The notes under the pieces: generated by a model | The model's input: only the letters and a program-made list of their open reading frames with translations | Database searches by the model: none | Told to the model about the DNA's origin: nothing | Program-made: the position numbers and the translations under genes | From: Octopus vulgaris | Lineage: Eukaryota | Direction: 5' to 3' | DNA: 64,000 bases | Assembly: GCA_951406725.2 (NCBI GenBank) | Contig: OX597828.1 | Coordinates: 60,760,001-60,824,000, forward strand | Part shown: in pieces, positions 53,697 to 64,000 of the stretch | Layout: every line of letters starts with the position of its first letter | Numbering within the stretch: the stretch's first letter is position 1

Positions 53697-54713
53697 CACC
53701 AAGTAAGTTTGGGGTTGTGGATCCAACCCACTAAGGGATAATACTTATCCAATATACTGTTGGTATAATACCCAAATTATTAATACACAAGTGTTTTAAT
53801 TGCAATGCAATTAACTTACTTGTTGTATTAAATGGGTGAAAGTAAAGAAATATTTTACCATTAATTTATAATACAAATAAGGAGATGGAGAAACAATTTA
53901 GTTGGTTTATCAGCTTTAGGATATTAGAATGTTGACTTATTTATTTAACAAAACGAGAACATACATATATACATTAAAATTCAATACATATAAGATAAGA
54001 ATACAATTTAAAAAACATTAATATAAATTATCGAAGATTAATTTGAAACAAATTTTGTTATTTATCACAGATTTACCTTTAGAAATAAATATAGGAAAAA
54101 TTCTACAGGGTTGAGTACATATATATGGGAACTTAAAGATAAAATAATTAATTATAATTTACAATGAAAGTTACTAATATCGGCACCTGCGTATAACAAT
54201 AAAAATAGAAAATGTTCATTATGCATTAATGAAATTTTCTTTCTAATTAGGGCTAAATTATCGCTCATTAACAATTTTACAGAACGTAATGCATCATGTC
54301 TTCATAAAATTGGGCATACTTTCTCCAGATACAAATAGAACATATTCTAATTTACCCATTGAATCCAATGTATTGAGTTTGAGTGAACAATTACTACTTT
54401 AATATATCTTATTAGTTAAATTGTAATAAGTTGTAGATACATGTGTAGAAAATAGAAAAGAGTAAAAAACTACAGAAGGCTTGTTTTAGAATGTTATAAA
54501 ATTTTGCATATAGTAACATAGTTTTTGGAGAAATTACCGGGTTCGTGTTAACTTTTAAAATTTCTCAAATGTCTTTACCTTTATCGTGTCATGTCTTCGT
54601 TATACAGTGCAAAGAAGAGTTCCAGGCAGGGGGAGGCAATAAGCGATTTCTTCCGGTATAAGGGAGATAATCGCTTTATATTTCTTTTCCCCTTTTTTAA
54701 TGGGATGAGTTTC

Positions 54714-54972
54714 TCTGTATAAGAATGTTAGGATGGTTAAGTTCAGGCTTATACTTTTCAATGAAGAATGTTTCCTTTTTTAATCTAATTTGTGTTGGTG
54801 TTCCAATAGCACATTGATAGAATGGAAAGATTAAAACTACTACCGCAATTTTTAATCTTTCCATTCTATCAATGTGCTATTGGAACACCAACACGAATTA
54901 GATTAAACAAGGAAACATTCTTCATTGAAAAGTATAAGCCTGAACTTAACCATCCTAACATTCTTATACAGA
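54714..54972. repeat. Inverted repeat (123-bp arms, 13-nt loop) containing a GIY-YIG endonuclease C-terminus (Penelope-like)
   Basis: 54714-54836 pairs with 54850-54972 with about 2 mismatches. The right arm reads FLIFPFYQCAIGTPTRIRLNKETFFIEKYKPELN. Confidence 0.85.
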
Positions 54973-54974
54973 TA

Positions 54975-55276
54975 TATACGATATATAAATAGATTTGTGT
55001 ATGTATTTATAAATGTATGTATGTATGGATGTATAGGTGCGTAGGTCTATTTACTTTTGCATATGTATATATGTATAGGGGGTATGTATATGTGTGTTTG
55101 TATTTGTATATTTGTTTGTATGTATATATATCTATGCATGTATGTATGTATAGGTCTAAATGTATGTATGTGTAGATATATATGCGTGTATATCTGCATA
55201 TATGTATGAATGGATGTATAAATAATGTCATGGGTATATATATGGGCATATGTAAATTTGAATGTAGTGATGATTG

Positions 55277-55319
<43 letters not shown>

Positions 55320-56381
55320 GTATTTAGTGTATTTAGTGTATTTGTACACATGCAGATATTAGATTTGGACTTGTTTGAGAAATATGTATGTATATATATA
55401 TACATATGTGTGTGTTTGTATGTGTATACATGTGCATGTATGTGTGTATGAGTACATATATGTGTGAGTGGATGTATGTCATGTGTATATGTATACGCAT
55501 ATGCATATGTATGTGTGGGTATATATGTGTGTACATACACATGTATATATATGTATATGGGTATGTATGTGTGCAGATCTATATGGGTATGTATGTATAT
55601 AAATTAATATTGTATATATGCAGATTTACATATAAATGTATTGTAATTGTCTATATCAATGTATTTATAGACATAGTTAAGTTTTTTTTTATGAACGTAA
55701 TGTCTATATAAAATTATTTAACTAATAATAAGTTTATTTGGCCGATTGTAGAATCTATTAAGTGTATATAGGTATATAGATATGCATGTGTTTGTATATA
55801 TTGATCTATATGTTGATGTATAAGTGTATGTGTATGTACTTGTATATATATTAATATAGATATAACTGTATATTTGTATCTGTGGCTTTGTGGACGAATA
55901 TATTAGTTTATCTGTGCATGTGTATATTGTTGTATGTGTGTGTATGTATATGTACGTATATATCTGTATATTTCAACATATATATGTTTATGCTATGTAA
56001 TGTATATATATAAAATCTTTATAACATAAGTTTGGATTATATATTTGTTTCTTTAGTTAACTAATCAATTAATCCACAATAACTAATGATTTTGTGGGCT
56101 TTATTAATTATTGTAGATAAATAAGCATGAATTACTTCTTTTCGTTTAACTTATACAGGTATAGCTAATTATAAGAATTTATTGTTTACGTTGAATAATA
56201 TGTAAGTAAATTTTCGATTTACATTGTAATATCGGGACATAAATACTGTGTATCTATTTAGTACACATTTTAGTTACTAAGAAAATATACATAAACATTA
56301 CATAGTTTTTACTTTATTTACTTTACTAGTGGTTATAACATATATTAGTACGTGCATATATATGTATATATGTGTGTGTGC

Positions 56382-56444
<63 letters not shown>

Positions 56445-56450
56445 TATATA
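54975..56450. repeat. Degenerate (TA)/(TATG)/(TG) low-complexity tract
   Basis: Direct inspection. Confidence 0.85.
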
Positions 56451-56925
56451 GGCATTATTAAATCTTAGAACGAGATGTAAACAGTAATCGCTCGAAAATG
56501 TAATGTATAATAGCCATCTCAACATGGCTAACCACAAAGGGGGGGTGTTACTGTAGCTTTTTAGCCCCAGGAGATCATCGTCTCCAGCTGGCTTTAGGCA
56601 CACTATCTGTGCCCTTATAGTATTTGCAAAGGGAGACCATCCCTTTCTCGTAAGTCTAACTGATACGCACCGGACCGCAGTTTCGAGGTTATTGCCTCTT
56701 ATCAATGGGCTTTAGGCACACTATCTTTGAAAGGGATGGTCTCCCTTTGCAAATACCATAAGGGCACAGATAGTGTGCCTAAAGCCAGCTGGAGACGATG
56801 ATCTCCTGGGACTAAAAAGCTACAGTAACACCCCACTTTGTGGTTAGCCATATTGAGATGGCTATTATACTTTACATTGTCGAGCGATTACTTTTTACAT
56901 CTCTTTCTGAGATTTAATAATGCTT
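56451..56925. repeat. Inverted repeat (~197-bp arms, ~81-nt loop) with hammerhead remnant in the loop
   Basis: 56451-56647 pairs with 56729-56925. The loop on the minus strand reads tTGATAA-GAGG..CCTC-GAAA-C tgcg G-TC. Confidence 0.9.
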
Positions 56926-57019
56926 ATAGACAGTTTTTCGAAATCAGTGACAGAAGTCACTGGAAAAACTCTTATATATTTGCAAACAGGCCTTTTCTTT
57001 CATCGAAAACCGGTGTTTT

Positions 57020-60000
57020 TTTAATTTTTCCTCGGAGTATAACAAATATTTTTCTGTTGCTGCAAATCGTTGTGTGAGTTCGTTTCCGTTTGTCTACTTT
57101 GTTGTGTTACACGTAATATAATTGTTGAACTGTTTTTGACCCAGTAATTTTCGCCCTTCGGGGTAGAAAATTTCTGTGTGTTTTTTTTGTGTGAACTCTT
57201 AACCTGTATAGGTTATTTTTGAAAAAAATTCTCTTGTCATTTGTGCCAAGTTTGTGTTGTCTAATATGGAATTAGACTTAAGTTCAAAAAAAAAGACTTT
57301 CCCAAGATGGGAGAAGGTATAACAACTGTTAAACAAAAGGAAACACAGGCAAAACCCAGTTTTTCAGACGCCGTAGGTGGCGAAGTGGAAGAAATGGAGG
57401 TGTCAATGGAAAGACTATTCAAGCTCAGACCGCTAGTGCAAAAAAGTGGTGAAGAAACACGATTGGTACCGCCCCCTGAGACTATACAGGCAATAAGGGA
57501 AAAAATGGTCACCTATAAGGTGTACAACATAAAAGAAAAACGAATGACCGACGTAAAAAACGAAATGGTCGAAAAGTGTATGGCACCAATATGGAGTAAA
57601 GTTAGTCATGTCAACCGAGGTGCAAGAAGCGCTACAGTGGAGGCGCATTTTGAGACGGCGGAAGAAGCAAGGCAAATTTCGACGCAAACGTTGAAAAACG
57701 AGAATATAATACTGTTACCCTTATATATGGGGTGCAGAACAGCAAAAGTGACAATGGAAGATATACCAAGGGGCTACGACGTGATGTGGGCGGCAACAGC
57801 GGTCATTTTTGATGTTGAATCAAAATTGACAATTTTGAGTATGAAGAGGAAAATTGCAAAACACTGGAGAGGTCAGCAGCTGGAGATGATCATCCAGGCG
57901 GAAAATGCAACGCTGGAAAGCCTACCAGAGTCTTCGTGGGGGAGGGGCACTCCATACGAGTTTCGGTGGAAGGACGCAGGCCCAGATGTTTTAAGTGCGG
58001 GCAAAAGGGCCACGTGCACTCCGTTTGCACAAAAAAAAATAATACGGGCAACGCCCCCCTCCCCCACAAAACGCTGTGAAGAACGCAGAAAGCAGCAAAG
58101 TGGAGAACAAAGCAAGGAAGAAAAAAAAACAGGTCGAACTCCAAAAAGGAGGAAGACAAGAACGGAAGGCAAAATGAGAAAGGAAAGGAGGAGGAAATTA
58201 ATACAACAAAAACAAATATACAAGAAAAGATGGGTTTCACGAACGTGTCAAACAAAAGAAAGAATCCATCACCCCTGACTCCCCACCCGTAACAAAAAAA
58301 AAATAACACAGACGAACAAATTAAAAATATTCTCCATTCCCACCCCGGCGGTACTACATTTATAGGCCAGCACTTTAACAAACCCCACCCCCCAACTGTA
58401 AAAGGGTTTAAACCCAACGAAAAAATTATAACATACACCACAAGGAACGAGAGAGTAGTAAGATTTGTGCAAGCAAGTCCGCAGATCAGGTGCTACAAAG
58501 CGACCGAGAAGGAAGCGGAGTGGCGATATGCAAGGGTCGGCGAAGAAGGATGGAAAGAAAAAAACTTACAAGACCACGTAAAAGTCGGCTTCATCAAGGA
58601 TGTCACCCAGGAGGTGAAAACTGGGAAATTATACGTCAGCCCGGCAGCCACACCAACACAGAGCCCGGTGGCAACGCCGGTGAAACGCCCAGCAGCAACG
58701 GCGAGTGGGGGAGGGGAGACAGGCAGAAGGAATCTGTCAGGCTCCCTCTCGCAACCGTGAGTAAACAATTTTCATTTTTCGATGATTAAGTTAGGTTGTA
58801 TAAATGTGCGTGGAATGGGGTCGAAATGGAAACAGGCTTGTTTTCGGGACGACCTCATTTCACATAGAATCGATGTAGCTATTGTTACCGAGTCCAAGAT
58901 GAAAGGACCCCAAGCGTTCTCACCACTTCTCAATGGTTACGAGAAATTTATTTCTCCTAGCCGGGGGGGAGGTGCAGGCGTGGCAGTTCTTTTCAGGAAG
59001 AACTTGGACTTACAGGTAAGTACTGTCTTTCTGGACCCAGAAGGTAGGCTGGTTGTCCTAGATGTGACGCACGCGAGTAAGCAGTCCTTCAGGTTGGTGG
59101 CTGTCTACGCTCCTAATGGACGTGGGCAGACCGGTTTTTTTCGGGAACTGGAGCACTTTCTAGTGACGTCCAAAACGGTAGTCTTGGTAGGGGGTTTCAA
59201 CACCATTCTCGATGCGCGGGTGGATGGTGTAGGCTCGAGCGATAGGAAGGGGAATCCTGGCCTCAAGGCTCTACTAGCGAGCTTTTATCTAGTAGACCGT
59301 TTTCGACTGGATGAGCCGAACGTTCCACAGTGGACGTGGAGTAATAACGACGGCTCACGCAGATCGTACATAGATAGAGTATTCGTTAAGGAACGAGATA
59401 AGAATAGTGTTAGCTGTCCACAATTCTCTGTTGTGCCTTACACGGATCACAAACTTGTGACCTGTGAGGTACAAGTAGATAAATGCCATAGACAAGGTCC
59501 CGGGTACTGGAAAATGAACAAGCCTATTTTGACTTGTGAAGCTTTCCGTACCCGGATTAAGGAATTAGTACAGAGGGCATTATGTGGCACCATCATTAAT
59601 AATAGATGGTGGCTCGTCCTCAAAAGAGCCATCCGTTTGGAGTCCATTAGATTTAGCAAGCAGCTAAGTTTAGATAGGACTAGAATAGAGGGCGAATTAG
59701 TTAAGAACTTAGACGAGGCTATGGAATCTGGCTGTGCATCCGGAGTGTTGGCAGCGAGAGCAGTATTGTACCGTCACCTCAACGCCAAGCACGAGGGGTG
59801 TAGAGTCAGAGCTAAGTTACGTGCAGGAAAACGAGAAGGTATTAACGTTGCCGGATGAGCCCGTCGTGAGGAGAGTCAGAAGGGCAAAAAGTCCTGTATT
59901 ATGTCCTTAACTAACGAGCAGGACCGCAAGATCTATGGAGAGGTGGAGATGCAGAAGGTCCTTCACCAGCATTTCGCACGGCTGTTTGGGGACGGTGGTC

Positions 60001-62473
60001 CGCTCGAGCGAGGGGAGACCTTAAAGGACTTCCTAGCCGGTGGGCCTCGATCTCTCCCGCGGAGGTAAGAGGGGTTTTGGCCGAGTGCGCCGGGGAAAAG
60101 TCGCCGGGGTTGGATGGTCTGCCCTATGAATTTTATTGTTGTATGCCGGACTTGTTCGGGAACATACTGGCAAGCGTCTATGCAAACTGGCAACAGAATG
60201 GGAGGATTCCCAGCTCTGTGAGTCGGGGAGTTGTGACGCTGGTCTAGAAAGACCCCAGCAAGGGGGACAGTATTAGTAATTACAGGCCCATAACTCTACT
60301 TAATGTAGAGTTTAAGATTTTGGCCAAGGTGTTAGCAAAAAGGTTGACGGCTGTCGTGGAGAAACTTGTCGGGAAGGTACAGACATGTGCAATCCCAGGC
60401 AGGTCGATCCAGGATAATCTTCACCTTCTCCGCTACACTATAGATAGGATCGGGAAATTAGACGGCAAAGGAGGGGCATTGGTCCATTTAGACCAAAGTA
60501 AAGCGTTTGATAGGGTAGACCATCGGTACTTGGCGGCGGTCCTCGAAGCGGCTGGGCTGGGCCCTGGCTTCTGCGGGGGGATCTCAGCTATGTACAGCGG
60601 CATCAAGTCCACAGTCCAGATAAACGGTTACATAACGGAGCCGTTTTCGATCAAGCGTTCAGTTCGTCAAGGGTGCCCCTTGTCCCCGCTCCTGTATGTT
60701 TTGGCTCTCGAGCCATTGCTACGGAAGCTGGAGAATTTGGGAGGCAACCCTAATGAAATCGGATGCGGTAAGTCTGTTTCTGCCTATGCGGATGACGTCA
60801 CCCTCATCGTGTCCAACGGAACACAGCTACCTCGGGTAGCAGGTGCTCTCCATAGATACGAAGCGGTGGCAGGGGCAAAAGTTAACAAGGACAAATCCAT
60901 CGGTTTGCGCCTCGGCACCTGGAGGAACAAGCCGATACCGTCCAGTGTTGTTTGACACTGGACGGATGGTCCTGTTAAATTGCTCGGAGTCTGGTTTGGT
61001 CCAGACTCCCAGACGGAGAAGAATTGGAGCGAGGTAACGAGCAAGGTGGATGCCATAGTACGGACGTGGTCCGGAAGGCATCTTTCCTTGAAAGGGAGGG
61101 CGGAGGTGGCACAGATGTTTATAGCCTCTGTCGTCACCTACCGCCTGACCGTCGTGCCTTGCCCCGATTCGTGGTTAAATAAGTTGGAACGACTCCTTTT
61201 CCGCTTTTTGTGGAAAGGAGGAAAGCCACTTGTGAGACGCTCCGTGTGTTGCCAGGAACCGCTAAAGGGTGGACTGGGGATGCCTTGGCTAATGATGCGC
61301 AAGCATGCGTTGAGGCTGAGACACCTCTGGTGTTACCTGGAGGATGATAAGGTGTGGAGTTCGCTGGCAGAGGAATTCTTCCCGCGACCGGCCTCTATGG
61401 AGGGATTTACACCCGGTCTCATTAAAGGACGTAACCTGACTTCATGGCAGAAGGAGTGCCGACAGGCACTCTGGCTGATCCACAAGATGGGCAAGGCCGG
61501 CAGCGGGAATACCACCTCGGTGTTCTATAAAGGGCTGGTAGAGGGAAAAAATGACGACGTCCTAGGAAGGGCTCTGGGGTTCGATGAGGATCAACTCTCC
61601 AACCTGTTTAAGAAGACTTTCAGGCCGGGGTATTTGGATACTTACCAAAAATCCCTGACCAGGCAGTGCTATAGGAATGCATTACCTGTTCGCGAGAAGT
61701 TATCCAGGCACGGAATGTCAGTGTCACCGACGTGTCCAAGATGTGGGTTGGACGATGAAACCGTTCAACACGCTTTTGTACGATGTCGGGAGCTGTCAGG
61801 CTTGATAAGTTACGTGGAACACGTGTTGTCGCATCTGGGACGAGTACAGCTGTCGGCTGGATCTATGATTAAGATGATACCGCCAACTGGACTCTCAAAG
61901 GAAGGTAAGGCTTGTTTTTACTGTACGGTGGCAGTATTGAAAGAGTGTGTATGGAGAACTAGAATGGAAGGTCTTGTGAAAGGGTCCTTTATCTCTGGCC
62001 CCGGTTTGTTAAAATACTTCGGATATCATCTGAAGAGCAAGATGGGGTTGGAGAAGAGGAGCCTGCCACAGAAAGAGTATATGGAACGTTGGAAGGATGT
62101 GATGAGGAAGGTGGGTGAGAGTAACCCAGCTTAATCATCGAGGAAAGGAAAAGTCAGCTGCTGGGATTTATAGGCTGCCGGGTTCAAAATTGAAACTGGT
62201 ACCTCCCATTCCTTTTCACTGTACATAACTGTGTAAAATAAAGAAATTAAAAAAAAAAGAAAACATACGCACTAAAAGTTCTCGTGATAAAGGTAAAAGT
62301 AAGCCAAGGTTTCGTTTCAAGGCAAAGTAAGCCAAGTTTTCGTTCAAGTTACATAAAATTTTATTTTTGTAAATTTTTATAATTTCATTCGAACTCGCAT
62401 AGCATTTTTGTAATTGTTTTGTCCTGTAATGTCCCAATTCTATGTTAGATCACTTGATCATAATAAAGATAAA
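57020..62473 (+). mobile_element. Full-length defective L1/Tx1-like LINE (copy 1)
   Basis: ORF1 about 57266-58760 with CFKCGQKGHVHSVC knuckle (frameshifted). ORF2 58782-62134 has APE (NVRG, VYAP, GGFN, IDR, TDH), RT (LDQSKAFDRV, RQGCPLSP, YADD) and CPRC..ETVQHAFVRC. AATAAA at 62462. Flanked by a 21-bp direct repeat. Confidence 0.93.
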
Positions 62474-62494
62474 TTCATCGAAAACCGGTGTTTT

Positions 62495-64000
62495 GACTCG
62501 TCTAGGGACCCCTCTTTCATCTGCGTATTGAGAAGTTAGCTGCCTATTTTGTTGAGTGAGTTCGTTTTTTGTTCGTCGTCGTTTGTGTTTGCTCGTGAAT
62601 TGAACAGTTATCCGTTGTGTGACAGTAATTTTTGCCCTACAGGGCTGAAAATTCTGTGTATAAACATTGTTATTACCTTCGGGGTAATTTTTTTTGAAAA
62701 ATTGGTTCTCATAATTTGAGAAATGGAGTTCGACTTGGCGTCGAGGAGCGACTTTCCCGTGATGGGAAAAGGCGAACAGAAGGATATCGAGGTTAGAAAA
62801 CAGTCTTTTTCGGCCGCAGTGGGCGGAACCGTAACGGAAGTGGAATTCAAAATAGAACAGTTGTTCGAATACCGGAACTTGGTCAAAAAGGAAGGCAACG
62901 AAATAAAACTGGTACCGCCGCAAGCGATATTACAGGAAATAAAGGCCAAGACAGTTGTATACAAGGTTTACAGTAACAAAGAGAAAAAAATAATGGACGT
63001 GAAGAACGAAATAGTAGAGAAGTGCTTGTCCCCGGTGTGGAACAAAATTCGCTACGTCGGTCGAGGTGCCCGCAGCGCTACCGTTGAAGCACATTTCGAC
63101 TCGGCTGATGTGGCAAGAGAGATTTCATCGATGACCTTAAAAAGTGAGGACATCATGTTACTACCTACCTATATGGGAAAAAGAACTGCGAAACTATATG
63201 TGGAAGACTTTCCAAGAGGATATGATATAATGTGGGTAGCAGCGGCGGTTCTGCACGACGTAGAGCAGAAAGTCTCAATTCTGCAGATGAAAAGGAAAGA
63301 GGAGGTAAACTGGAAGGGACAAGCGCTCGACTCCTCGTTCAAGCAGAAAATAATGTGCTAGAAAACTTACCCGATAGGGTATTTATTGAGGAGGGAATTA
63401 CAATCAGAGTGTCAGTGGAGGGGCGCAGACTTAGGTGTTTCAAATGTGGTGAAAAGGGTCACGTCCGCTCGAACTGCATAAAAAAAAAAGAAAAACAGCG
63501 AAGCCCCTCCTCAAAGTGCTTCAAACACAGAAAAAGAAAAGGCGGAAAAAGACCCCAAGACTGCGACAAGGAAGGGAATCGAAACGGAAGATAAACATGA
63601 ACAAATGGAATTTACACAGGTGACACACAAAAAGAAAAAAGAAAATACCCTGGACTCCCCTCCCCAAACAAAGAAAAAAATCAGCAAACACCGCAGAGAT
63701 ACATACAAAACAAATTCCCCAGCCCTACCCCCACGGCACTGTATTCATTGGAACACAGTTCGCCAAGCCCCTCCCCATAAAACAAGATTGGAAAAAATTG
63801 ATTAAAAAAAATGAAAAGATTGTAGCATTCGACGAGAGGAACGATAGAGTGTTTAAGTATTTAAAATTTTCAAAACTGAAATTATTCCGTAAGTCTGCAG
63901 ACACTAAGTCGACGACTCGTTTTGCAAAAATAAAGGAAGACGAGTGGAAGGAAAAAACACTCCAAGAACATTTAAAAATTAACCTTATCAGAGACGTAAC
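62495..64000 (+). mobile_element. Second L1/Tx1-like LINE (5' UTR and ORF1, runs off the window)
   Basis: ORF1 from 62723 is paralogous to copy 1 (VVYKVY..EKCL..RGARSATVEAHF, CFKCGEKGHVRSNC). Frameshifted. Confidence 0.9.

Noticed and set aside
57307-62134. L1 ORFs as functional genes
   Set aside because: In-frame stops (59856, about 60246, 60953) and frameshifts. Reported as a defective element.
45526-64000. Final Wnt exon (CxCHGxSGSC)
   Set aside because: Motif not found in the ORF track or by eye. Probably beyond the window.

Overview
AT-rich, microsatellite-dense animal genomic DNA. The SINE and LINE families suggest an octopus-like cephalopod, which is an inference. The only host gene recognised is a Wnt ligand, most like Wnt16: two internal coding exons (24144-24373 and 45251-45525, + strand) separated by a 20.9-kb intron, with the first and last exons not identified. 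The rest is mostly decayed transposable elements. These are many R4/Dong-like RLE non-LTR retrotransposons in (TAA)n or (CATA)n tracts, two full-length defective mariners plus fragments, an RTE, two nested L1/Tx1-like LINEs, Gypsy fragments, a non-autonomous Helitron and several tRNA-derived SINEs. The most unusual signals are: (i) four unrelated long fold-back elements with 123-197 bp arms, three carrying Penelope-like hallmarks (hammerhead ribozyme motifs or a GIY-YIG tail); (ii) three sense-strand hammerhead-like motifs within 2 kb of the Wnt splice donor; (iii) an L1/Tx1 inserted with a 21-bp duplication into the 5' end of a relative; (iv) a ~555-bp (TAA)n-associated non-coding element in six copies; (v) two templated insertions copied from about 1.5 kb away. 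All structures were read by eye, and coordinates of decayed elements are approximate.
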